A stretch of 58,842 bases of DNA, counting the filler, from Bipalium vagum (Eukaryota): the NCBI GenBank assembly GCA_037834085.1. It is 3 parts of 3 records of this genome, joined end to end, with 100 filler letters (N's around TTAATTAATTAA, not from the genome) between each part and the next. Parts side by side here need not be neighbours in the genome. Positions count along the whole stretch, not along the records: positions 26,990 to 42,818 come from JBBMKC010143509.1; 2 more parts are not named here. One strand, written 5' to 3'. This document shows positions 26,990 to 38,499 of the stretch, in pieces; within the stretch, counting starts at the first letter, position 1; every line of letters starts with the position of its first letter. A model generated the notes under the pieces. That model worked only from the letters and a program-made list of their open reading frames with translations. It did not search any database and was not told the DNA's origin. The translations under genes were made by a program, and so were the position numbers.

Positions 26990-27059
26990 TAAGTGTTTTT
27001 TGCTTTATAATTCAGCTAGAATATTAGTTTAGTTTAATTTCCAGTATATTCGTCAAATT

Positions 27060-28064
27060 ATGCGTGATTTCGATTTAGCGCCTTTTGACAAAAGACATAT
27101 TTATGCATTACGCAAACATGCGGAATGGACTTATGAACAGATAGCCAGTACCCTTGATTTGATACTGACTGCTGTCAGTAAATATTGCCATTGAAAAATC
27201 AATAATGATCTACCACATGAAGGAAACCGTATCAAATGTAAGAGACAGCAAAAAACAACCGTTAGGTCTGACAGGCATATTGGGAGATATGTCGAACAAC
27301 ATCCGTTCAGAGGAACTCAGCAAGTAGCATCAGACTTTTCTGCAATCCAAAAAGTTTCATATGGCACGATCAATCGCTACTTGAAGGATATTGGTTTTCT
27401 TTTTCTTCAGTACACAAGCCCTTCCTTTCAAAGGCTCACAAAGCAGCGTGTTTGTTATGGGCACAACAACACCGCCAAACAAACTGGTCAGTAATCATTT
27501 TCAGTGATGAATCAAAGTTCCAGATGAATAATAGACAACAATTCGTAAGACGTACAAAAAGCACTAGACTGCAGGATCTGTTTGTTACCCATCTTCCAAA
27601 CAGAAGTTCATGTCACTGCATGGTTTGGGTATCATTCTCTAGAGATGCTTAAAGTAATTTGGTTAGAATTCAATAGCGGCTTAATTCAGAAGGATAAATT
27701 GAGCTATTAGAACAGAACCTCCTTCCTTTCGTCGATCAAATGAACAACATAGAATTCTATTGGTGCAAGACAATGCACCAATTCATACTGCCAAATTTAC
27801 AAGAGATTGGTTCGATGATCATGACTCTAATGCCGTGGCCAGCAATCAGTTCCAATGCTAACTCTATCAAAAATGTGTGGGGGTGCATGTAATACCAGCT
27901 TAATCATATGCTCATAAAGCCAACTAAATCTGACGCCCAGCAAGTGACAGTATTTGTGGACCACTATCATGGGAGAAGAGAATTATCGGTACAGCCTTGT
28001 AGATTCTATAGAGGGAAAGCTTTCCGCAATAATCGATGCAGCTGGAGGATATACCAAATATTAA
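27060..28064 (+). pseudogene. Tc1-family (DD34E) transposase pseudogene, near full length
   Basis: HTH (HAEWTYEQIASTL), KTT.RSDR, NWSVIIFSDESKF, MVW, QDNAPIHTAKFTRDWF, PWPAISS..NSIKNVW, GGYTKY*; multiple stops and frameshifts. Confidence 0.9.
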
Positions 28065-28189
28065 CAATATATTGTTTTCTGTCTATAAATATAATATGCA
28101 TATAATATAAATGTTATAGTTATTTTTACTGGAAAATTTAATGTATCAGACTGTATATTATATTGTATTTCATTTCATTATGCTGTTCC

Positions 28190-28520
28190 AAGTGGACTGG
28201 GTGTAATTGACCATCAAGATCCGTACACATACATCAGAACTAAGTAAAAAATATTTGAATCAAATAGAGCGTGAACATGTCTTGATAGTCATGAAATGGC
28301 CAGCTCAATCCATTAATCCTAACCAAATAGAGAAATTATGAGAGGGACTTGATAGAAGTCATATTAAAATTTCCAGCATCTGAATCTCAATTGTGAGATC
28401 TATTACAAGACGCCTGAAATAAAATTGAATCGATTACATTACATAAACTGTTGAACTGAATGTCACATGTGTGTTCAGAGACCATCAAAAAAGAGGACGA
28501 TATTTCTATGAAAAAAATTG
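28190..28520 (+). pseudogene. second Tc1-family transposase C-terminal fragment
   Basis: HTSEL.KKYLNQIEREHVLIVMKWPAQS..NQIEKL*E.LDR, matching WP.QSPDLNPIE.LW. Confidence 0.8.
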
Positions 28521-29599
28521 TTTGTTTGCCACTCTATAAACTGCCACAATTAGGCTGACCGTAAGATTACCAAGACGACTATTACTAATTCTAAATATTC
28601 CCTATATTGTAGAATGCCTTTTCATAATTCTTGCTGCTTTTAATTTCATAGGTTCCCTGACGCGGAGTTTTCATTTAAAAATGTTTAGACTCTTCATGAG
28701 ATATTAAAGTGTTCTGCAGTCTTTTTGTCAAATATCACAATAGCTTGAATTCATTCTTAAAAAGAGAAATTTGACTTTTTTTACTTATAAATTTTTGTAA
28801 TATTTTTACTATTTTTATCTTCACTTTATTTTTTATAAAAAATATAAAAATATTAAAAATTAAAATATAAAAAATTAGAAATAAAGCAAATTAAAAATAT
28901 AAAATTTTGAAAACAGTAAAAATAAAAAAGTTAATAAATAATGATTTTTATGTTAGTAGTATGTATAACCAGACTTTGAGGTAAGGAAGTAAAATGAAGC
29001 CGTATTTTTTACTTTGAACGAGCGTATGCGAGAGTATTTTTTGAAAAAATACTCTCAGCTGGAGCGACAATGGATACCCGGGTCGTCCTCTATGGCCTTT
29101 TCAGATCACCTAGGAATTCCCAAGTTCGCTGTACCCCATTATAAAATCCTTTTGCATTGTCATAGCACAGAAATGAAATCACTGAAATTGAAATTGTCCT
29201 CGGCAAAAATCTTCGTTGAATAATTGAAGTCTTTTGCAAATCTTCTTCAGCAAAAAGAATAATGCTTTGTAAAGCTCCTTGGTAAAATCGAGATTTTGAT
29301 ATACTACTTTTAATATTATTTTCATTTTTAAAAGTTTCAATTTTCTTAATTAATAATAATATTATTATTCACAATATATAGGGTTTGTGCCTTTGGTAAA
29401 CCCAACAATAATACTGCCGCTTCCGTATTGAATATTTTTTACCTTTGATTAATAATATCAGATTACTAAGAAATTTGTTTTACGAGTGAAAACAAAGTTT
29501 AAGTATACATATCAAATCACATTATTTGCGGAAATTAGTTACAAAAAAATATTATAATTGACATAATTACATTGTTAAAAGAAAGTATAAAATTCATGG

Positions 29600-30480
29600 G
29601 ATGATGGTACAAATTGATTCTTAATGAAACCAAACCACCAGGTTCTAGTCTAAAGTCTCTAATAATTAATCTCTTATTACTGATTTTATCTCAAACAGTA
29701 GGAGTACCAGTTTTCGATTACGAACAAATAGAATTTGGCCATATTTATTCAATGATAGATCCTAATCCGTGTGATTATTTAATTGTTCAAAATGTGTCAA
29801 ATAAAAAATTGCTTATTATGTATATGAGAAAACAGAATACTTTCAAACAATAATTTTGGAGAGTATTACTTAAAAGAGCACATTCATATTTTCCTATGGT
29901 GGTAGATATCAAGCATTTATATTAGAAACAAAATGGTATCCCGAGAGTTAGTAATTAGTCAAGTGGAGTGTGTAAACGAAGTCAGTTTACAGAAATCAAA
30001 GGAATAAAATTGAATCCAAATCCAACAGTCTCTCAAAATTAGATAAAAACTTTCCTAACCAAAATGTGCGGATAACTTCATCGAAAGAGCAATCCACTCC
30101 AATCAACTTAATACAACCAAAGTAGTAAATGAGATTCAACAGAAGTGGCATATTTAAGAGTGGACAAAATATGCACACCGTAAGTTATAAAGGATTTTTA
30201 ATATCTACCCAATCAGTGAAGAGGCAAAATAGGAAACAAGAAATTTAATTAGCAAAATACGTCAATAATACTAATCATGACAATTAAAGAACACATAACT
30301 TGAAGATGTCCTTAATGACTGCAAACTAGATCAAGAAATTCTGATAACCGATTTCCTAGTTTTTCTTCCTACTCAACTTGTTCAAATGATAAATTTTCTG
30401 TAATCTCTTTGAATCCGCTATTTCATGAAACTGTTTAATATTAACACCAGACGACAAAGACGATAATATGCGACGATTTT
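29600..30480 (+). pseudogene. decayed ORF of unknown family
   Basis: The 79-aa ORF 29614..29853 continues as coding-like sequence beyond stops; weak resemblance to 13500-13630. Confidence 0.3.
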
Positions 30481-31526
30481 AGAGCTTCTATAATGTAATT
30501 GATCCTTTCATATTAATTCAATATACAATACAATGTTATTCTATAATTGATTTTTGAAAAATAATTAATAATTCTTTTACACATAAAAATTAACAAAAAC
30601 TGATTTATTATTGAAAAACTTATATATAAAACTAAAACATTTGAAAATAGACGCGTTTGAGTAAGATAATTACATATTCACTTTATACCTCTATATCTAA
30701 TTAGATGATAAATTCGCCCATATTGAGTTTTAACAAAATCTGAAAACGTTACCATAGAGGGTAGTTAATCGGGGAACAGTACCGAAACCTGGTCAATCTT
30801 TAATTGTTCGTTAAGTTAATTCATAAAATTTAACGGCTCTCACTATAACTGGGTGTGGGAAAGCTAAATAATCACTATAAAATCAGAATACAAAATAGTG
30901 ATAAATTCATTGATTACTTTAATACATTCATTATTCCTCATCCATTCATAAAATATATTCGATAAATATCCTGTGAAAATAAATTAATTTCTAATTATTT
31001 TTGGTCTATGGATGCTGGATATTTTTAGTAAGTGTCCTTGAGGTGACTCTCGTTTTCGTACTTTTAAAAAATACCATTGCTAGTCAACTGTCAATTGCAA
31101 TAGACCGTTTCATTAATTTTCAGCACCGAGCACGAAGTATTATGTGTAAAAAATTTAGTCCTGATTAAGGTAATATGTCTATCAACTGAGCTCGACTGTA
31201 TAAAGAAAAAATAAAACGTCCTATCGATGTCAATGTGCAATACCTTAAAAAGCTTAATGAGATTTGTTTCGGAAAAAAAAACGTTATCACGATTCAATAG
31301 AATATCGTACAATGGGGTCACATTTTAGACACAAAGACCAAGTACACTTTCGTTTAATCTATGCAACAAAATAAAAGTGAGAATTAAAAATACACAACTG
31401 CTCGCGGTATATTGGCTAGCTGGCTCGCGTCAAGATCAATCATCGAAAATCAACAAATCTAAGAGCTAGAGGCCGGGAGGAGGAGCATGACGAATTTCGA
31501 ATGGCGAACGAATTTCCAGAGGAGAC

Positions 31527-34229
31527 TCAGATCGCTTGCTGGAACGTTCTCCCACTGAAAATGGAACAAAGTAAATAAGAAAATGCAATAATCATTGAAA
31601 TTTTGTGAAGCATTTAACAAAAATCAAAATAGCAAACAGTGTGTAGACAATTAAACTTTAAATCGATTTTCAAGTCAACAGAATAAATAAATCAATAAAA
31701 TCCGATCAAGTCAAACATTCACCCAGTGATATTTTTTTAAAAAATCTGATTTCATTGTAACAATAAATCGATGAAAAAATTCCACTAGTTTAAAAGGCAC
31801 ACTTCAAAAATTATTGATTACCTGTATCGAATCCTTAATTAATAAATTAACTTTTTCAACGTAATTCATTCATTTTTTAAAAATTCAAAACCATGGAAAC
31901 AAACATTAACTTTTTCAGAAAATCAATGCAAATTTCCAAACAAATCTTTATCGATTTTAACAAAACCAACACAAATCGAAACCTGATAATACAAGAGATC
32001 AATTCGAATAAATTTCAGTTTAAAAAATCCAACTGAAATGTAATGTCTCTATTTTGAAATGACCGATAAGAAAAATCAATAGAATTTCCAGATTTTTTTT
32101 CGAAACCTTCACTACTGTTAAACAATTACCCTTAATTCTATTATTTATTTTGTCACTATAAAAGGTATATTGAGTATTTTTTCGTGCGACTATCGTGGAA
32201 GTTCTAAAGAAATAAAATAATATATAATAATTAAAGTCCAATAATGTTCATGATTCTGTCTTCCATTGACGAAAGAAAGAAATCAGCAATCACAGTGAGA
32301 TAAATGTGAATTCTGTGAAATTCATTTTTTATGAGATCAACGATAAGAACATTAATAATTTTAACAAGTAGAGTGATAGATCGGTTCACAATTAATAAAT
32401 ATAAATTGATGAATTGAACGATTTTCAATGAATAATTGAAAAATGATGAGAATTAGCATAAAAATCAATGCAAGGACTTTGACCTATCAATAATATATCA
32501 GACTGAATATATATAATCAATGAATAACGATCACATATCAATAGAAATGGTGCGACAGAGAATTTGGAAAACAGTAAAACCTACCATCAATTAACCAAAA
32601 TTAACACACTCAAAGCACGCGACAGAAAGAATATCGTTTGGTATCTGTTACGGAATGGTTACATAATCAAACAAACGAAAAATCCTTATTGACAACAGTT
32701 TGAAATTTCACATTGAAATTCAATTGATAATTTCAATTTCACCGTGTAAATTTATATTAATCAATAAATAGAATATTGAAGAGAAGAAAGAAAAACCAGC
32801 TTTGATGAAAACCAGAGATAAGTCCTACCATCAAATAAAAATCAATATATCACTGAAAGAAATTATTAATATCAGATAATCTACTTACACCAATAGTAGC
32901 AGTGAATAAAATTGGTCTCACAATAATAACAGTGAGTTAATTTTTCTCACCACATAACAATCAATCACCTACCTGTATCGATAAAATATCGATTTCATAA
33001 AATTTAGAATTCAATTTTTTCGACTTGGCTCATTGAAATTAAACTTTCTCTCTCTAATTCAACTAATAATTGAAACATACGTAAAGGTCTTTTTCTGACT
33101 AAGAGAGTCTCCAGAACCAAGATTTAAGCCCTCAATTCCTAAATCGGTAACACCCTTGAAATCCACCGTCTCACAACCGGATCCAGATATCGTCATCTCT
33201 GGTTTGGCCCGTTTCAACAATTTGAGAAATGTTCCTGACTTGGCCCGCATCCTCATGTGGATATGGGCTTTGCTGCACTTGATATGATAGTGCAAGTAAT
33301 TCCGAAATGTATGAATTAAGTCGATGGTGGTCTTTCTGGCGACAGGAGTAGCGTAATGTCGATTAAACAACACTGTTCGAACAAGAATTTAACTTGGTTT
33401 AGCATTGAATAACTTACCAAAAGTTATATAAGCAACATTTTCTCCCGTTGCTGCGTTTGTACCTTTTAACTCAATTGGTGGTTCTCTTGCTGAATATAGA
33501 ACCTGTGGTGCTCTATCCACTCTTCTACGAGCTTCAGTTAGCTCCTAGAATTAAATGTAAATTTCATGTAAAAATCGAGGTTTATCAAGAGTACTTGAAT
33601 AAACACTTTTCCGATTATCATATCATCGGGATCTTTAAGTAAAGTGCTAAAGACAACGGTTACTCTATCTTCCATTGCTTTCACATACATGGTTTCATCA
33701 TCCCGGTAATTGATTACAGCTTGATTCTTCAAATTACCGGATTCTTGAAAGTCAAAAAACATTTCAAAGACAGAAGCAAAACAATTTCGTTTCAAATTAG
33801 CAGCATTATTAGCTAATTCTTCAATGTCATCTGGTAATTTAGTTAAATCATATTGAATGGTTACGTTGAACCCTGGCTCGGGCTCGCTACAGAGGTGATC
33901 GCCGTATTCACGTTTAAGAACCAAAAATAAGCGTAAAATAAGAAACAATTATTCATTAAAAAATTACTTTATCTGCTCCATATTCTTGCAATTGTTTGAA
34001 AAACTTTAGACTAATACTGACATAAATAAGGTTTTTATCCTTTTCATTATTAATTTTATAAACAGCTCCATCAAAGTCTACCAAAGTCTGTTTAATTTTT
34101 TCAATTTTTATACTAAATTTAGTTAAATTTATTTAACAACAATTAAGATATATACTTAGCCTTGGCAGATGAAAATTTCTGTAGAAGAATTTCTTTTACA
34201 CCTCGATTCAAGTATTCAAGAAGAATCAT
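31527..34229 (-). CDS. ARPC2: Actin-related protein 2/3 complex subunit 2 (p34-Arc), ~330 aa, 6 exons
   Basis: Exons 34229-34156, 34112-33968, 33921-33595, 33544-33418, 33372-33081 and 31554-31527. Translation MILLEYLNR...DFDG...[16 protein letters not shown]...[11 protein letters not shown]...YRDDETMYV...APQVL...[20 protein letters not shown]...KTFT|GRTFQQAI*. Introns are 43, 46, 50, 45 and 1526 nt; all are GT-AG except intron 2, which reads GT-TG. Confidence 0.96.
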
Positions 34230-37200
34230 AATTTTAAATTATAAACGGAAATTTAATTTCAAATCTAACGTCAAAAATTATAAAATTAAAAGATGTGGAA
34301 TTAAATAGTATGTGAATATATTAAACAAATCAATTAATTATTTTAAAACTAAAATTTAAATTATTTTGCAAATTATATTCTGTTCATTCTAAATATCATA
34401 AGGTTAATTTACTGTATTTAAATTAAGTTTAATTATATTTTCTTTAATTAAAATCATAAATTTAGAAGTTGATAGGCCAACAGGAATTACTAAATTACCA
34501 GGCTTTATGAGCAAATATTTTTGAAAAATATTTTTCTATAAAATGCAGTGTTTATCTATCTCTAAATTATTGGTATTATAAATAAGGATGAAAATCAATG
34601 TAGTACCAACAAACCTCTCAGGTTAAATTTGTTTAGTATATTGTTGGGTCTTCTAAAGACACTTCCGAAGAGAATTTGAATAAGGATCAAAAGGGGGTCT
34701 TGAAAAATGATAATGTTAATAATAATTAAATAATACTACTAATAATTAAATATTTTAAAATTTTAAGTTTTAAGTGACGTACTGAATTCCTTGAGTAATG
34801 GCTGTGATAAGAAAGGTACTACCATTCAGAGAAAATTAAGATTATTGTTGAGAAAGTTTTCTCATTCAAGACGCAATTGATTGGTAATGGACAGTTGGTA
34901 ATCTTGCATTTAAAACGTGGGAAATCTGGAATTCTTGCCAAAGAATCTTTAACTTTAACTTTAATCTATATTATTAACAAGATTTGAAGAAGTCTATTCT
35001 GAAGAATATTATTGCAAGAAGAATATTTTTAAGTATATATTTGCTCCATTATTATTAAAAGACAATAAGCCAACCCTGTTGAGTTCGGTTGTCTTTAGAC
35101 ACGTCTAACTAACGATCCAAAAGTTGGTTTAATTCTCATGTTCGGGTAAGGATTCTTTATTTAGTTATCTATAAATCTGTTCACTTTTCTATTTCTATTT
35201 TTAATTATTGTTAATGATTTATATTTTGATTTCATTGTTTGACTTAACTTATTTGTTATTATTTCCAAATATGTTAACAGTTTGTTATTTCCCTCAAATC
35301 AAAATGTGTAACTTTAGCTTGACTTTCCTAACTCCTCACTTTGCTGATAATGTGCTCGTTGTATCTAATTTCTTAAAATTATGTTATAATTATTTCGACG
35401 ACGAGAATTGGTGCATAAACTTTTCTGTAATTATTTTCTCGACGACGAGATAAATTTTTATTTTTACAAATTTTAAAATTATTATTATCAAATATTAATT
35501 AATTTTAAAAAAATAATTTTATTATTATTATAGACACTTAATTATTATTATCATTGAACCTTAGTGGTTGTGCCTTGACCCAACACAAATATTGAACTAT
35601 CGATTTATTGTTATTGATTTATATTCGTTTTGTGCTTATTTTATTGTTTGACATTGGTTAGAGTAGTGTTTAGTAGAGTAGTGTTGCGAGAAAAAAAGAA
35701 ATTGGAAAATAAAACAAAGAATCGATAATATAAAGGCACTGGTTTAATTAATTAATAATTATCGATAATATTTAATTTAAAATTATTTTTATTTTCTTGA
35801 GAGCTTTAATTCGTCTTCCTTGGAATAAATTTTTAAAATATTTCTTTTATCTTTTTCTTGAATATCTGAACTAATAGGGAATATCTTTCTCTATTTAGCT
35901 TAAAATTTTTGTGCGATTTATGACTGAAAACAGGGGTTTATGAATTCTGACTGGTTCCCTGTTAAAATTACTATGATTATATAATTTTTAATAATTCTAG
36001 ACAATACTTAATATAAATAGCCGATAATTCATATTTATAGTAAGTTATTTAAGTAATTTATTTTTTTAAAGTATTTATATTTTTTTCTTTTAAGTTGAAG
36101 TTTTAAGTTATATTTTATTATATACTTTTTTGCTTTTTAATAATATTTTTTATTTATCTTAGATTGGAAATTTTTTCAGGGACCAACTTTTTTTTAAAAA
36201 ATAAGTATGGTCTTGCTAGTTCGCAGACTATAATTTATTTTAATTTAAAAAAAGAGTTAAAAGTGAGAAATTTATTTTAAAAATTATTATTAATTATTCA
36301 TAATATTTTTCACTACACATAATTTCAGAATCAATATGACACCTCAAGATAATACAAATTTGAAGAGTAATATTAATAAAAATGAAACACAAAAGGATAA
36401 GATAAGTTAAATTAAATGTTCAATGTTTTTAAGGATCAGTCAATGTTGGTCAATGAGTTGTTTGCTTTGGTTGTGGAACATAGATCATTTGTGAATTCCA
36501 TTAAAAGTAAAATATTTAATTTCATATAATAAATTATATAATTTTTAGAATTTTTAAAATTCTTATATTTATTAATAAAATAATTATAACCATCTTCAGT
36601 TACAGAACTATTTATATTATTATTAAAATTATTCATCCTAATTTCTATCTTTTTTGATATCAATTTATCAATTTCATTATAATTAGTTTTTTTATATACT
36701 AATGAAGATAAAATGATTTCTTGGATTTTAGTTTATGTAGTTTAAAAATTTCATATTTATTAGATTTCAAAATTTTTTCCAGTAGTTTTAATAGAAATAT
36801 TCGAACACATTCTTGAAGAATGTTTAAGTCTAATATTATTAAAACGAAAACATAAATAATTTTCATTTGTATGGGAAAGTATATACTTTGTATCATTTGG
36901 ATCTTTTGTTACTAGTTCTTTAAAAAATAAATGAAAACGATATCAAGATCAATTATAAAAATAAAATGGAATGAAAACTTTTTTTTATTTTATTTATCAT
37001 TTATATTGCTCTTCCATATTTTCCATTTAAATGGTTATGATCTCTAGCTTTTTCTGACTTTGATTCAGTTATTTTATTACAATAAAGATATTTATCTGAA
37101 TTATTAAAATCAATTTTATGTTTTTCAGTCAGTTATAATTGAATAGTTTGTATATTTTATTATATCTATTAATTTTTCTTTAATATTATGTAAAAATGAT

Positions 37201-37381
37201 AAAAAATTATATTTTGTATTTCCCCTTAAAATTCATAATAATTTAATTTAATTAATATTAAAAAATCAGCTTTTAATAAAATTCCTATTGATAAAGGTTT
37301 TGATTTATACTTGAATTTTACTCATATAAATTTGTTACTATTATAATTATATATAATTCTGGGCATAGATATAACAATTAC

Positions 37382-37736
37382 TGTGGTCGTTACTCTGGAA
37401 TCTCTGGGCAGCGTCTTCTGAATTATTTTTGGCAATCTTCTCAAATTGTTTTTGACAATCTTCTGATTTTTTTCTGGCAATCTTCTCAAATTGTTTTTGA
37501 CAATCTTCTAAATTTTTTCTTCAACAGAACTTTTTGGGGGCATTTAACGGGAGTAGCCGTCTCCTTTTATAGGCGTAGGGATTGGTCTACGATCACCAAT
37601 CCCTACTGGGAGACGACTATTGTTTTTCACTCTCTCCACGCCGAAATAGTCTCCTTACTCCCGGGTCTAATGGATTTCTTCGAGGAAATCCATTAGCCTG
37701 ATAAAAAAATATAATCCCCACGACGGGATTCTGTCA
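37382..37736 (-). mobile_element. probable solo LTR-like insert, highly self-complementary
   Basis: GC-rich island inside polB. The minus strand reads TG...CA with flanks TTAA/GTAA (imperfect TSD). Inverted CCAAT boxes precede TATAAAAG, and there is a 45-bp tandem duplication. Confidence 0.55.
37564..37606 (-). promoter_or_regulatory. TATA box with paired CCAAT boxes (LTR-type promoter)
   Basis: Minus strand GATTGG...CCAATC...TATAAAAGG. Confidence 0.45.
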
Positions 37737-38499
37737 TTAAAGAAATAACAAAAATTATTTTTTTAAAAAAAAATTATTATTATTATTTAAAAATGCTTCT
37801 TATTATTATTACTAACTAGAAATCATTATTATTGCTCCAGAAACCCAACAAATTTCAATTTTCAAAATGACCATATAATACAAATGGAACTTTATTTTTA
37901 AATAATCATTATTAAATTGACAATATTTATTCTTCTTACATATTGTTTTTAATTCTTAATTCTTGACAAATATTTACATGTTTGTTGAAAATTATAATAA
38001 AAAAAGATTTAGTAATATTTGATAAAAATAATTTGGTAATCTTAAAATATTATTATATTTTAAATAATATATCATTTCCATTAAAATTTTCAACTTTTTT
38101 AATCACCTAATAGAATTTCATCAATCATTAAATAGTTTCTATAATTATTTTACAATCCAAAATTATGATTATGATTTTTAGTTCCACAATTTATAATATT
38201 ATTTATTTCATACTCATATTTTTTTATAACTAATTTTATTGTAAATAAAATTTTTAAAGGAACTATAATTTCTTCTTGCAAAGTCCTATTTCAACGAATT
38301 ATTAATTTTTATGAAGTTCAAGAGCTCCAATAAGAATACCAAATATTAGATTCATATTCTGAACACAGGGAGATTCTTATAACATCTTTAAAATTTATTA
38401 AAAAAAACTTTAAAACAAGATAAATAATAATTATTTAATTCATACAAATTTTGTTTTCGAGTCAATATTAAAATTTTTTCCTCCTTTTACTTTTAATTT

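Larger units (their letters stand above)
36440..38460 (-). pseudogene. Polinton/Maverick protein-primed DNA polymerase B remnant (interrupted by insert 37382-37736)
   Basis: Motifs occur in the expected order: KVPFVLYGHFE (ExoI-like KVPFVIYADFE), KARDHNHLNGKY (VRDHCHLTGKF), FIPFYFYN*S*YRFHLFFKEL (FIPVVFHNLSGYDSHLFIKEL), TNENYLCF, KSFYLH*YI (KGVFPYEY), YYMKLNILLLMEF (LYLKTDVLLLADVF). Confidence 0.85.

Noticed and set aside
33059-33080. ARPC2 ending YVSIIS* as in the ORF track
   Set aside because: The AC|GTATGT donor and the downstream exon restoring the conserved G(K/R)TF tail fit better.
37430-37510. CRISPR-like repeat array
   Set aside because: Simple tandem duplication without unique spacers, in eukaryotic DNA with no cas genes.
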